A stretch of 32,000 nt of DNA from Sulfolobus acidocaldarius DSM 639. GTDB lineage: Archaea; Thermoproteota; Thermoprotei_A; Sulfolobales; Sulfolobaceae. The position numbers and the translations under genes were made by a program. The notes beneath the pieces were generated by a model that did not search any database, was not told the DNA's origin, and saw only the letters and a program-made list of their open reading frames with translations. This document shows positions 14,258 to 25,187 of this stretch, piece after piece. Location of the stretch: contig NC_007181.1 of assembly GCF_000012285.1 (NCBI RefSeq), forward strand, positions 30,001 through 62,000, written 5' to 3'. Positions within the stretch are counted from its first letter, which is position 1. Each line of letters starts with the position of its first letter.

Positions 14258-15793
14258 ATGAGAAAAATACCTAGGACTATGTCAACACAGCATCCTGATA
14301 ACGCAAAAGTTCCTGAGTGGAACCAAGGAGAAGCAATAAGCGGTGAAAACGAGATCATCGAGGCATATTTGGCTTTCTCCAGGTATGGTGTGGAGGAGGT
14401 AATGTGGGATGCTGAAGGTAAGGACGTGGACACTCATGTAGTGAGAAAATTACTAAGTCAATACCCAGAATTTTTCAGACATAGGATATTAGGCAAGGAT
14501 ATTTTCCTGACGTATAGGGTTCCAAATCCAAAAATAGAGGGTGCTGAGAGAAAAGTCTTTGCTGAAACGCTAAATACTATACCAATAACATATGACTTAG
14601 CTGAGAAGTTTTACGGCGAAAATCCTAATCCACCAGTCTTTGAAGTTATTTTACCTTTTACAACTAGTTATGAAGAGTTAATTGCAGTCATCAAGTTTTA
14701 TGAGAAAGTAATAGTTAACAGTGACAATACGAAGCTAGTTGATGATACTTATGTAAAGGATATTATAGGTGAGACAAATCCTAAGAAGATCGAAGTAATT
14801 CCTCTAATAGAAGATAGAGATTCAATGTTAAGAATAGATACAATAGTTGGGAAATACATAGAAATAGAGAGACCTCCATATCTGAGAGTATTCTTAGCAA
14901 GATCAGATCCAGCTATGAATTACGGTTTATTGTCAGCTGTTCTGTCAGTCAAATATGCATTAAGTAGACTTTCGAAAATGGAAAAGATTTATGGAGTGAA
15001 AATATTTCCTTTACTTGGAGTCGGTTCTTTACCCTTCAGGGGTCATTTTAGTCCATATAATGTTGAAAATACCTTGAATGAATATAGAGGCATATATACC
15101 TTTACTGTTCAATCAGCGTTCAAATATGACTATGAAGATGACCTTGTGATCAGTGCAATAAAGAAAGTAAATGGGACTAACGTAACCGAAAAAATTGAAT
15201 TAAGTGAGGAAGATGAGGAGATCATTTCCAACGTAACGAGAAAATACACGCAAGGTTATCAGAATAAGATAGAGGCATTAGCCGATGTTATAAACAAAGT
15301 GGCATTACTGCTTCCTAGAAGAAGAGCAAGGAAATTACACATAGGTTTGTTTGGATATTCTAGAAGCACAGGTAAGGTAACACTACCTAGAGCTATTTCC
15401 TTTGTTGGCTCTCTTTATACTATAGGTATTCCACCTGAGATTATAGGACTTTCCTCTCTATCAAAAATGACTGATCAAGAACTTAATGCCATATTCAATA
15501 ATTACAAGTATTTGAAGAACGATCTGCAATTCGCAGCTCGTTTCGTTAACTTTGAAGCTCTTCAATTACTTAAAGATATATGGAATATTGATGCAGAGGT
15601 TGTCAAAGCTATAAAGGAAGATATAGACTACGCAGAAAATAGTTTGGGAATTAGAATAGGCGAAAGTGATTATATGAGCAAAAAACACGTTCTACTCTCT
15701 ACCCTGGCACTATTGTCCATAAAAGAGGGTAAATTGGACGAGGCTAAAACGTATATAAAAGAAATGGCTATAGTAAGAAGAGCAATAGGATGA
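14258..15793 (+). CDS. ppcA: archaeal-type phosphoenolpyruvate carboxylase (atPEPC)
   Basis: The N-terminus [15 protein letters not shown] is the hallmark of atPEPC. The 511 aa counted from ATG 14258 fits the family. The 12-codon extension in the track (14222) begins only about 8 nt after the TATA-like ATAAATATATT (14208-14218). Confidence 0.9.
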
Positions 15794-16605
15794 AAATACT
15801 AGTAAGTGGTTTAATTCCCGTAGATTCGGGTAAGACCACTTTTTCGCTTTCTATTCTAAGCTTTTTTAAGAGTGTTGGAATAGATGTGTTTCCGCATAAG
15901 CCAGTTGCAGGTCATAATGCGTGGTATAGTTATTCTACACTATTAAGAAGCGAAGAACTTAAAGCACTTGTAGGCAACGATGCTCTAAAATACTATGATG
16001 AAACCAGACTAGATATAAATATGATAAATCCTTTTGCGGTTCTTCTTGCTCCTCCAGATCTTGAAAAATTAGGGTATAATGTAAGACTCTATAAAGAGAT
16101 TATTACGAATGGTCTTCCCGTAATGATAAGATTATATGACGGCAATGCCGTATCACACCTTGTTTTAGAAAAGTTTAGTGAATTGGTAACCGATTCTCTC
16201 GTAGAAAAGATAGAGTCATTATCAAAGGTTCTAAAAGCCATCCGAGTTCCTAAGGAAAAGTTAAATGAGATTATAAATTACTCACCAGACATCTCTGATA
16301 TATCTACTCAGAAAATATTGTCTCGGGAGTCTAATGTTTTAATTGAGTCTTATAATGACGCCTTAGCTCCTAACTATAGTTCTTTAAACGTAGATTGTCT
16401 CTTTATCGTATCTCCTGGTAAAGTGTTTTTAATAGACGAGTTTAAGAAGTTCATTACTCTCTTTGCTACTCAGCCTTGGCTAATTCAGGGATCCTCATTT
16501 ATTAGGTATGCAAAAGTGAGCAAAGTGTGGAAAACAGAGTTGGGTACATATAAACTGGAAAACGGTTTAGAGGATTTTTTGTTAGGCTTAGCTGAAAAAG
16601 AGTAA
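15790..16605 (+). CDS. uncharacterised P-loop protein with a dethiobiotin-synthase (BioD)-like N-terminus
   Basis: [23 protein letters not shown]...[12 protein letters not shown] parallels the BioD/CobQ pattern GTDTxVGKT ... KPVASG. Its start overlaps the ppcA stop (ATGA at 15790-15793). Confidence 0.6.
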
Positions 16606-16629
16606 GAAGTGGACTTATTCTCAGTAAAA

Positions 16630-17589
16630 TTAAGCCTTCTGTTGATTTTCTAATATACTGCCTATGATTTTTGTATATTTCTCAATAAGAAGCTTAATTC
16701 TGTGATTTTTATTTAACTCTACGTCTATCTCATTTTTATTCTGTATAATGAACCTTTCTATTATAGTGTTTATAGATCTTTTTAGTAGTAATTCTAGTAT
16801 CTTAACCCTTCTATTTTCAACTTTAAATTCAAACTTTCTATTACCTATCAAGAACCTCAGATGTTCATCAAAGGCGTCAATGAGTTCACTTATACCAACT
16901 CCCTTAATTGCTATTGTTTTCACTATCCTTGGTTTCCATCCATCCTTATACTCACCTTCAGCGGTTTCAATTGCAAACCTTATAGTGTTATAAGCTAATT
17001 CAGTTTCAGGCTTATCAGATTTGTTTATAACATAGATATCTCCAATTTCCATTATTCCTGCTTTTAGGGCTTGTATGTCATCTCCAGTTCCAGGAGTCGT
17101 TAATACACTTATGGTATGAACGGTATCTATGACTTCTGTATCCGTTTGTCCTGCACCGACTGTTTCAACCAATATTCTATCAAATCCTAATCCATCCAAA
17201 GCTTCCACTAACATTAATGCTTCTGAAGATATACCACCTAAATATCCTCTGGATCCTATACTTCTAATGAAAACTTTTTCTCCAAACTCATCTTCTGATA
17301 GCCTTATTCTATTACCCATAAAGGAGCCTAAACTAAATGGACTTGACGGATCTATTAGTATCACACCTACCCTATGTCCTCTATTTAAATATTCACTAAC
17401 CAGCTTGGAAATTAGTGTACTTTTCCCTGAGCCAGGAGAACCAGTGATTCCTATCACATGGGCTTTTCCGGAATTTTTCATTAATTGCTCTAAGGCATCG
17501 AGACCCTCTGGGGTCAGGTATTCTATCTTAGTTAACAGTCTTCCGATTGCTAACTGGTTCCCCTTAAGTGCCTCATCTAACAGGCTCAA
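16630..17589 (-). CDS. meaB: methylmalonyl-CoA mutase-associated GTPase MeaB/ArgK
   Basis: P-loop [20 protein letters not shown] and NKSD (NKxD) are present. The gene overlaps the upstream mutase subunit gene by 17 nt. Confidence 0.9.
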   Translation of the reverse strand: MSLLDEALKGNQLAIGRLLTKIEYLTPEGLDALEQLMKNSGKAHVIGITGSPGSGKSTLISKLVSEYLNRGHRVGVILIDPSSPFSLGSFMGNRIRLSEDEFGEKVFIRSIGSRGYLGGISSEALMLVEALDGLGFDRILVETVGAGQTDTEVIDTVHTISVLTTPGTGDDIQALKAGIMEIGDIYVINKSDKPETELAYNTIRFAIETAEGEYKDGWKPRIVKTIAIKGVGISELIDAFDEHLRFLIGNRKFEFKVENRRVKILELLLKRSINTIIERFIIQNKNEIDVELNKNHRIKLLIEKYTKIIGSILENQQKA

Positions 17590-17995
17590 AACTTAGACCT
17601 CTCTTATCTGAGGCTACTTTTATTATTTTTTCAGTTATTTCTTTAAGACTTGAACCAGGCAAAAATACTTCATCTACACCCAATTGTTTTAGGGCAGGAA
17701 TATCTTGAGGTGGAATAACTCCTCCAACTACAAGGCCTACGTCATTTAGTTTCTTGTCTTTCATTTCTTTTACTAACATTGATATTAACTCAATGTGAGC
17801 TCCACTCAGTATACTTACTCCTATAACATCTACGTCTTCCTGTATTGCAGCTTTTACTATTTGCTCAGGTGTTTGTCTTAAACCAGTATAAACAACTTCC
17901 ATGCCAGCATCTTTCAATGCTCTGGCTACTACTTTAGCACCCCTATCATGGCCGTCTAATCCTAATTTAGCTACTAGAACTTTGATACGCTTCAT
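17573..17995 (-). CDS. methylmalonyl-CoA mutase, small B12-binding subunit (140 aa)
   Basis: The cobalamin-binding DxHxxG motif appears in [19 protein letters not shown] and is followed by a Rossmann-like domain. I place the start at ATG 17995 ([10 protein letters not shown]). The 23-codon extension in the track runs into the tRNA-Pro gene. Confidence 0.9.
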   Translation of the reverse strand: MKRIKVLVAKLGLDGHDRGAKVVARALKDAGMEVVYTGLRQTPEQIVKAAIQEDVDVIGVSILSGAHIELISMLVKEMKDKKLNDVGLVVGGVIPPQDIPALKQLGVDEVFLPGSSLKEITEKIIKVASDKRGLSFEPVR

Positions 17996-18033
17996 ACTTA
18001 ATATTAAGTTTAAACTGTTTAAATTTTTTAGTC

Positions 18034-18109
18034 TGGGGCCGCCGGGATTTGAACCCGGGACCACCAGGGCCCAAGCCTGGCATCCTAGTCCAAGCTAGAC
18101 TACGGCCCC
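18034..18109 (-). tRNA. tRNA-Pro: tRNA-Pro (anticodon UGG), 76 nt, no intron, no encoded CCA
   Basis: The minus strand reads GGGGCCGUAGUCUAGCUUGGACUAGGAUGCCAGGCUUGGGCCCUGGUGGUCCCGGGUUCAAAUCCCGGCGGCCCCA. A cloverleaf folds by hand: acceptor GGGGCCG/CGGCCCC, anticodon stem CCAGG/CCUGG with loop CUUGGGC, T arm CCGGG-UUCAAAU-CCCGG. Confidence 0.92.
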
Positions 18110-18362
18110 TCACTATAACTAGCTAGTTTAAGGTTTATTAATTTGTTGCTTGATCTTACCAACATACGTTGATCTAGATATTATGTTGAATTCTTATGTT
18201 CTATAGCGTAATTATGAACAGTTTGTATAACTCCTTTAGAGAATAAATTATATTTCAATATTACTAATTATTGTACTGGATTCCCCATAAAATTGTATAC
18301 ATTATATAGGAAAAATAATTTGAGGTAGTCTCATAAGTATGACTTAACTTAATACCGTAAGG

Positions 18363-18370
18363 TTTATTTA
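18363..18370 (+). promoter_or_regulatory. TATA box of sac7d
   Basis: TTTATTTA lies 31-38 nt upstream of ATG 18401. Confidence 0.45.
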
Positions 18371-18400
18371 TGACAATATCGTAAGATAACTTGACCTAAT

Positions 18401-18601
18401 ATGGTGAAGGTAAAGTTCAAGTATAAGGGTGAAGAGAAAGAAGTAGACACTTCAAAGATAAAGAAGGTTTGGAGAGTAGGCAAAATGGTGTCCTTTACCT
18501 ATGACGACAATGGTAAGACAGGTAGAGGAGCTGTAAGCGAGAAAGATGCTCCAAAAGAATTATTAGACATGTTAGCAAGAGCAGAAAGAGAGAAGAAATA
18601 A
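18401..18601 (+). CDS. sac7d: 7-kDa DNA-binding chromatin protein Sac7d
   Basis: [66 protein letters not shown] matches my memory of the published Sac7d sequence over all 66 aa. Confidence 0.97.
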
Positions 18602-18632
18602 AATAATTTGTTAAGAAAATCTTCATATAAAT

Positions 18633-18652
18633 TCTTTTTATTTTCTTGTTTT
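18633..18652 (+). terminator. oligo-T termination tract downstream of sac7d
   Basis: TTCTTTTTATTTTCTTGTTTT lies about 30 nt after the stop codon. Archaeal termination uses T-runs. Confidence 0.4.
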
Positions 18653-18719
18653 AATTTATTAGAATTCGGCTTAACTTTAAGGTTAACATAATTTATACTT
18701 ACTACATATATTTTATGTT

Positions 18720-19055
18720 ATGACAAAGAGAATTAATGCGCCTTGTGAGAGAGCATCCCGTGAAATTATCCCAGTTGTAAAAAATTTAATAGCCAATAAC
18801 TTGTACGCAAAAGGATATACGTACAAGCAAATAGGGGAGATTCTAGGAGTTTCAGCTACAGAAATAAATTACTTGATCAGAGGGTTAAGGGGTACTAATG
18901 AACTTAGAGACATACTTAAAAAGGATAAGGAGTTTACGGAGTTGGTAGAATCGTATGTGACTAGTGGTGAAGAATTTTTATCATTGTGTCCATTATGTAG
19001 TTATGTTAGGCGAAAAGTATTAAACTGGTCTATTATTTGTCCATACGATATATAA
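18720..19055 (+). CDS. putative HTH transcriptional regulator with four Cys (111 aa)
   Basis: A helix-turn-helix-like segment YTYKQIGEILGVSATEINYLIRG is present. Cys residues lie at C9, CPLC (90-93) and C107. No family name assigned. Confidence 0.6.
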   Translation: MTKRINAPCERASREIIPVVKNLIANNLYAKGYTYKQIGEILGVSATEINYLIRGLRGTNELRDILKKDKEFTELVESYVTSGEEFLSLCPLCSYVRRKVLNWSIICPYDI

Positions 19056-19104
19056 TGATGAGCTTCCAGGCTCTGGATTGATGAAGAGGGTTAGCAAGAT
19101 CTGA
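19055..19104 (+). ncRNA. C/D box sRNA candidate abutting the stop codon of the HTH gene
   Basis: AUGAUGA (C, 19055-19061, its first base is the last base of the TAA stop), 12-nt spacer GCUUCCAGGCUC, UGGA (degenerate D', 19074-19077), UGAUGA (C', 19079-19084) or AUGAAGA (19081-19087), 16- or 13-nt spacer, CUGA (D, 19101-19104), then a T-rich UUGUUUU. The terminal boxes are canonical. The internal box spacing is irregular. Confidence 0.6.
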
Positions 19105-19160
19105 TTTATGTAATTGTTTTCATGCTACAATGTTTCGGTTAGAAACTAAACTAAAAATAA

Positions 19161-19294
19161 TGGGCCCACGGGGACTTGAACCCCGGACCACCGGGTCTCT
19201 CCTCCAGATCTATATCATCCCCCAACAAGGGGGTCTTAAGACCCAATGCAGCTCATCTGGAGCCCGGCACTCTACCTGGCTGAGCTATGGGCCC
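19161..19294 (-). tRNA. tRNA-Trp: tRNA-Trp (anticodon CCA) with a 60-nt intron at the canonical 37/38 position
   Basis: 5' exon: GGGCCCAUAGCUCAGCCAGGUAGAGUGCCGGGCUCCAG. 3' exon: ACCCGGUGGUCCGGGGUUCAAGUCCCCGUGGGCCCA. The joined exons give a 74-nt cloverleaf with anticodon loop CUCCAGA. Confidence 0.9.
19197..19256 (-). other. tRNA-Trp intron (60 nt)
   Basis: AUGAGCUGCAUUGGGUCUUAAGACCCCCUUGUUGGGGGAUGAUAUAGAUCUGGAGGAGAG contains two perfect hairpins (GGGUC-UUAA-GACCC and CCCCC-UUGUU-GGGGG). AUCUGGAG is complementary to the anticodon loop plus the first intron bases (CUCCAGAU), as expected for a splicing helix. Confidence 0.8.
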
Positions 19295-19383
19295 ATTATC
19301 GATCATCTGTTGATTATAGTTTAAGTGTTAGATAGAAATAAACTTAACTCACCGGCTTTGTGCAAAGTTTAAAACTTAACTCT

Positions 19384-20869
<1,486 letters not shown>

Positions 20870-20886
<17 letters not shown>

Positions 20887-21946
20887 AAGAGAACAATATT
20901 GCTCCTATGAGGATTACAGTAAATACTGATTGTATAAGATAAGATTCCCTATCTCCCAATCCTAATTTTCTTGTTATTTCTGTGAAAACTTTTCCTCCAT
21001 CTGTGATAATTAATGGGGCGCCGTTTAGCAGTGCAAGGCTGAAGTTAACAGTGAACATCCATGTTATGAATTGAAGCAATCCAAGTAGTCCCTGAGGAAA
21101 ATAATAAGTAATGTATACACCTATCTGATGTGTTTGTGTTGTATTAATCGTAATTGAGTTTATTGAACCATTGGGATATAATAAGGTAAGTATATGAGTT
21201 CTTCCTTGATCTAGATAATAAGATAATTGTTGAGGTACTTTTACCGCATTTCCATCTACTTTCAATATTATACTGTTAACGGGTATTGAAGCATTATAAG
21301 CTGGAAAATATTGTTTTTCACCTACTATAAGTAAACCTTGCGAAAGGTTTGCAGGTAGAAAGTTGGCTAAGGGAAAGAATATGGCTGCTAAGATCAGATT
21401 TACAGCTATTCCAGCGGATATTATTTTAAGTCTAGATATGGAGCTGGCAGATTTGAACTCCTCTTCATCAGGCTCCACAAATGCTCCCGGAAAGAAAATG
21501 AGAAGTAAAAGACCGCCACTCCTTACCTTAATGCCGTTAGAGGTAGCTGATATTGCATGAGCTAATTCGTGTAGTGTGACAGAGATTCCAATTGCAAGGA
21601 GGATATAGGGTAATTGGTCTAAACCAACTGTTATACCCGGGATTATGGGCTGTAACGAAACTGTAGACCCTGAACTAGACGGGAATACAGAGTTCAGGAA
21701 AACATATAATATTAGAGCTAAGCCTAACACTAATGAAATTACTCCAAGCACAACTGCAATTTTATCAAATATCTTGTACGCCCGTTTCCTAGCAAAATTT
21801 GGAAACCATTCACTTCTTGTCTGTTTTTTCCACAGTAACATGAAAGGGTAAACCACGAATCCCCTTTTTTCCAGTCGTCTTCTAAACGTGTACATTACTA
21901 GCCAGAAAAGTAATATACCTAAGGCAAAGTATACTATGTTATTCAT
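20870..21946 (-). CDS. site-2 protease family (M50) membrane zinc metalloprotease
   Basis: HELAHA (HExxH) lies in a hydrophobic segment, and [15 protein letters not shown] (NxxPxxxxDG) lies in a later one. There are multiple predicted TM stretches. Confidence 0.85.
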
Positions 21947-21980
21947 GAATTTATATCCTTATTTGGATAATAAAAACTAA

Positions 21981-22646
21981 ATGGAGGTAGCTTATACTAA
22001 TGAGCACTGGAAAGTACTTATAGAGAAGAGAAAAATTGCTATGGAGATTTTGAATTATTTAACCAAACTTGGAATGGAGGGTTTTGTTTACGGTTCTGTT
22101 GCCAGAGGCGACGTAAATAAGGAAAGTGATATAGATATTGTGATATTTAATCCTAATATTCTGGGTCTGGATTTAATATCTTGTGATCATAAATTTATAG
22201 TGCAAGCAACACCTTTTTCCACTCCTAAGGCATATATTTCATTGGATCATGAGGAGAAGAAAGTCATTTCATTTCCATTATCCAAATTGACAAAGAAAGA
22301 GACTGAATTCTACTACTTTGGTGGATTATTGAGCAGAGATGAGATAATAAAGGACATTCGAGCTCCTGGTGTTAATAAAAAGCTATCAATTATAATTCCC
22401 ACCAAGGAGGGACACATTGAACTTCCATTGAAAGGTAATGAAGATTATGCTGTAAAAGTGATTAAGAATGTTTCAAAGGATACAATAATGGAAAGGGAAA
22501 GATTATTGACTAAAAGAGAGGAGAAGGGTCATACTGGAATCTTTATTAAATATGAACTTACCAGGGAGGAAAGTTTACAAGAGGCTTTTAGAGATTTATA
22601 TAAGTCAAATAAGTATTTTAGAAGAGTGATAGATGCTAAGCGGTAA
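21981..22646 (+). CDS. Pol-beta-superfamily nucleotidyltransferase domain protein (221 aa)
   Basis: YGSVARGDVNKESDIDIVIF matches the GS-x(n)-DxD minimal nucleotidyltransferase signature. Confidence 0.7.
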   Translation: MEVAYTNEHWKVLIEKRKIAMEILNYLTKLGMEGFVYGSVARGDVNKESDIDIVIFNPNILGLDLISCDHKFIVQATPFSTPKAYISLDHEEKKVISFPLSKLTKKETEFYYFGGLLSRDEIIKDIRAPGVNKKLSIIIPTKEGHIELPLKGNEDYAVKVIKNVSKDTIMERERLLTKREEKGHTGIFIKYELTREESLQEAFRDLYKSNKYFRRVIDAKR

Positions 22647-23166
22647 GGTAGGGAATAAATTAGTTATAGAGAGCATAGACGTAAAAGACACTCAAATAAA
22701 AGAACTGAAGACATTCATTCTTTATGTAAATGGAAGGAAAGTTGGTAGGACGTTTTATTTTACTGGAAGGGAGTATTATTTGCCTTGGATAGAAATAGAT
22801 TATGACCCATGGCTTAGGGAAATTGATGGGGAAGTTGATTTATTCAATTTTATCTACAATGTACTTCCTCCTGGTGGTAAACTATTTGTAACTTACATAA
22901 GGGACAAGGAAACTGCTGACATGTTATATCAAGGTTTTTCGCCTGCCGATACACCGTTAGGTTTCTCTCTGCTAAAAGCAGGCTTCACGTGGTTTAAAAA
23001 CTGGTATTTCCCTGAAGGAGGTAATGAAGGTGCTCCTAAGATTCAAGCCAATAAGCCGTTAAACGATACAGATATGATTAGACAGCTCAGAGAACTATTA
23101 GATGAAGTTAAAAGGAATGAAGTAAAAGCTTTCATAGAGAGTAAGATTGCTAAAAGGAAATCCTGA
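22633..23166 (+). CDS. hypothetical protein (177 aa, no Cys, no His)
   Basis: An ATG ORF that overlaps the upstream gene by 14 nt and the downstream gene by 20 nt. Composition is ordinary. No family recognised. Confidence 0.55.
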   Translation: MLSGKVGNKLVIESIDVKDTQIKELKTFILYVNGRKVGRTFYFTGREYYLPWIEIDYDPWLREIDGEVDLFNFIYNVLPPGGKLFVTYIRDKETADMLYQGFSPADTPLGFSLLKAGFTWFKNWYFPEGGNEGAPKIQANKPLNDTDMIRQLRELLDEVKRNEVKAFIESKIAKRKS

Positions 23167-24160
23167 GATTGGATTATATAATCTTGATCTGCCTAAAGGT
23201 TGCGAGCTATGTAGGATGGGGGGTAAGCTTGTAGTTTTTATCACAGGTGAATGTGGGGATAATTGCTACTATTGTCCGGTAAGTGAACAGAGATTTGGGA
23301 AGGATAAGGCGTTTGCTAATGAAGCGCCTGCTGAAAACCTGGTAGATTTTATTTATGAAGCCTACAGAATGAGGGCGTTAGGTGCAGGAATTACAGGCGG
23401 AGATCCCTTGATAAGAATTGACAAAGTAGTAAGTTTGATTAAGAAATTTAAGGACGAATTTGGTCAGGAATTCCACATTCACCTGTATACTAGTGGTAGA
23501 TATGTAACTAAGGATGTTCTAAGTGAACTAGAAAGAGCCGGCTTGGACGAAATTAGATTTCACCCTCTAAAAAGAGAATACCTTAGAGCAATAGAGAAAG
23601 CAGTGCAGTTTAATTTCGATGTGGGAATAGAGGTTCCTGCAATACCAGGACAAGAACAAGAGTTGGAAAAGTTGATATTATGGTCAAAAGCGATAGGAGT
23701 TAAGTTCGTTAACATGAATGAGCTAGAACTAACGGAAAGGAATTATGCACCTTTAAATGCTAGAGGTTTTAAAAGTGCCCATGGACTTGCAGGAGTAAAT
23801 GGAAGTTTTGAAACGGCTTATGCTACTTTGAGAAAATTACATGAAGAGAAAATTGCACTCCACTACTGTAGCTCAGTTTACAAAGATTTAGTGGAGACCA
23901 GAACTAGGTTCCTGAGAATTATAAAGTACTCATCTAAAGCCTATGAGGAAGGAACGGGAGAGGGAACAGTTCTAAGAGCCGTAGTGAAGTCTTCTCAAGA
24001 TCTAAGTGATTACGGTGAAGAGATAGAAAAGGGAGTCTGGAGTATTTCACCATCTCTGATTACTCACTTAGGAGTAAATGAGTACGTATTAGTGGAGGAG
24101 TATCCTGATTGGAGGAAACTTAAGATAGGAGAGAAGTTAGTTTATTCTAAACCTCAGTAG
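23147..24160 (+). CDS. radical SAM protein (PflA-related, uncharacterised subfamily)
   Basis: CGDNCYYCP is a CxxxCxxC radical-SAM cluster motif and is preceded by CELC. The TTG start at 23147 keeps the CELC pair, while ATG 23216 is an alternative. Confidence 0.8.
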   Translation: MLKGNPEIGLYNLDLPKGCELCRMGGKLVVFITGECGDNCYYCPVSEQRFGKDKAFANEAPAENLVDFIYEAYRMRALGAGITGGDPLIRIDKVVSLIKKFKDEFGQEFHIHLYTSGRYVTKDVLSELERAGLDEIRFHPLKREYLRAIEKAVQFNFDVGIEVPAIPGQEQELEKLILWSKAIGVKFVNMNELELTERNYAPLNARGFKSAHGLAGVNGSFETAYATLRKLHEEKIALHYCSSVYKDLVETRTRFLRIIKYSSKAYEEGTGEGTVLRAVVKSSQDLSDYGEEIEKGVWSISPSLITHLGVNEYVLVEEYPDWRKLKIGEKLVYSKPQ

Positions 24161-25165
24161 AGAGACTATTCCTGTCAAATTTTTAACTTGATAGTAGATT
24201 GGAGAATCCTTTGGTACTATCATGATCTTTCCCTTCTTTTTCTCAATATCCCTCAAGAGCTCATCAATAATTTCCCTACCAGTATCAGTTAGATAGTCTT
24301 CAGTAATTAGTAATTTATCCACCGCACCTAGTTCATTAGCCTTCTTTATATCTTCTATGCCATATACGACTAATCCGGTATTTTTAGCTAGATTTTCCAT
24401 TATACTTTCAAGTATTTTTAATTGTTGTGCTATTTCAAATTCCCTGTATACCTGATCTATAATATCCCTTCTGAGTAATTCATTTAACCCCGCTCTACTA
24501 GCTGACGATACGCTATCTACATATACGATCAACTTATTATCAATCTGTTTTATTTTCTGGTTTACCATATCTTTAAAAGGACCTGGTCCTGCAATTATAA
24601 TCACGTTTACGCCTGTGAGTTTTACGAACGAGATTATTTCATTTGCCATTTCCTCAATATTTTCATTTACTACATCGTTATCCTTCCCTGGAGTCTGGAG
24701 ACTTTTCTCTGCTAGGATTTTCACACCTTGCTTCATCAATAATGCTATGATATATTCATCTACGTCCACTAATGCAATTAGTAGTTTACCTTTTTTCTCC
24801 TCTTGTTCTCTTATTTTCTCTAATTCATAATTACTCCATTGTTCTTTTATTATGATCACTTCATCACCAATATCTAAATTTACAGTATGATGAGCTCCTT
24901 TTATTCCGAACCTTTCTGGTGCGTCAAGTATTAGTCCGTGTATTCTAAGCCTAGTGGTAAAATTTTGAAATTCCGTATATTCCACCTGTAGTTCTATAGT
25001 CATTGGAATTCTCCTACTGTCTTTTCCCATACTGATATCTCTGGTGGTCTTGGCGACTATTCTATCTCCCTTTTTTATTATAATGTGTAATAGCCATAAA
25101 TCGTCTTCATTTTCTACGTGAAGTTTGAGCGATCCTCTTTTGTCATTAAATTCTAAAATCTTCAT
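24137..25165 (-). CDS. pelA: Pelota (Dom34 homologue), ribosome rescue / mRNA surveillance factor
   Basis: The N-terminus [40 protein letters not shown] matches pelota. Length is 342 aa, with an eRF1-like three-domain layout. Confidence 0.9.
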   Translation of the reverse strand: MKILEFNDKRGSLKLHVENEDDLWLLHIIIKKGDRIVAKTTRDISMGKDSRRIPMTIELQVEYTEFQNFTTRLRIHGLILDAPERFGIKGAHHTVNLDIGDEVIIIKEQWSNYELEKIREQEEKKGKLLIALVDVDEYIIALLMKQGVKILAEKSLQTPGKDNDVVNENIEEMANEIISFVKLTGVNVIIIAGPGPFKDMVNQKIKQIDNKLIVYVDSVSSASRAGLNELLRRDIIDQVYREFEIAQQLKILESIMENLAKNTGLVVYGIEDIKKANELGAVDKLLITEDYLTDTGREIIDELLRDIEKKKGKIMIVPKDSPIYYQVKNLTGIVSLLRFRIN

Positions 25166-25187
25166 TTCTTATATCTAGTGAGTAACT

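Noticed and set aside
17901-18098. ORF 17901..18098 (+) and the N-terminal 23 codons of ORF 17573..18064 (-)
   Set aside because: Both translate through the tRNA-Pro gene (18034-18109). The mutase subunit has a good internal ATG at 17995 just before its conserved [15 protein letters not shown].
19197-19256. tRNA-Trp intron as a cis-acting C/D box guide, as in Haloferax
   Set aside because: There is no RUGAUGA and no CUGA in the intron. The closest strings (CAGAUGAG at the exon/intron junction, GGAUGAUAU) lack the critical terminal GA or the correct partner box. The complementarity to the anticodon loop is explained by the splicing helix.
19130-19324. ORF 19130..19324 (+)
   Set aside because: It is the reverse-complement reading of the intron-containing tRNA-Trp gene.
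21981-23166. Nucleotidyltransferase plus downstream small protein as an MNT-HEPN toxin-antitoxin pair
   Set aside because: The downstream protein has no His at all, so it cannot carry the HEPN RxxxxH motif. The NTase, at 221 aa, is larger than minimal MNT antitoxins. The pair is also fused into an operon with a radical SAM gene.
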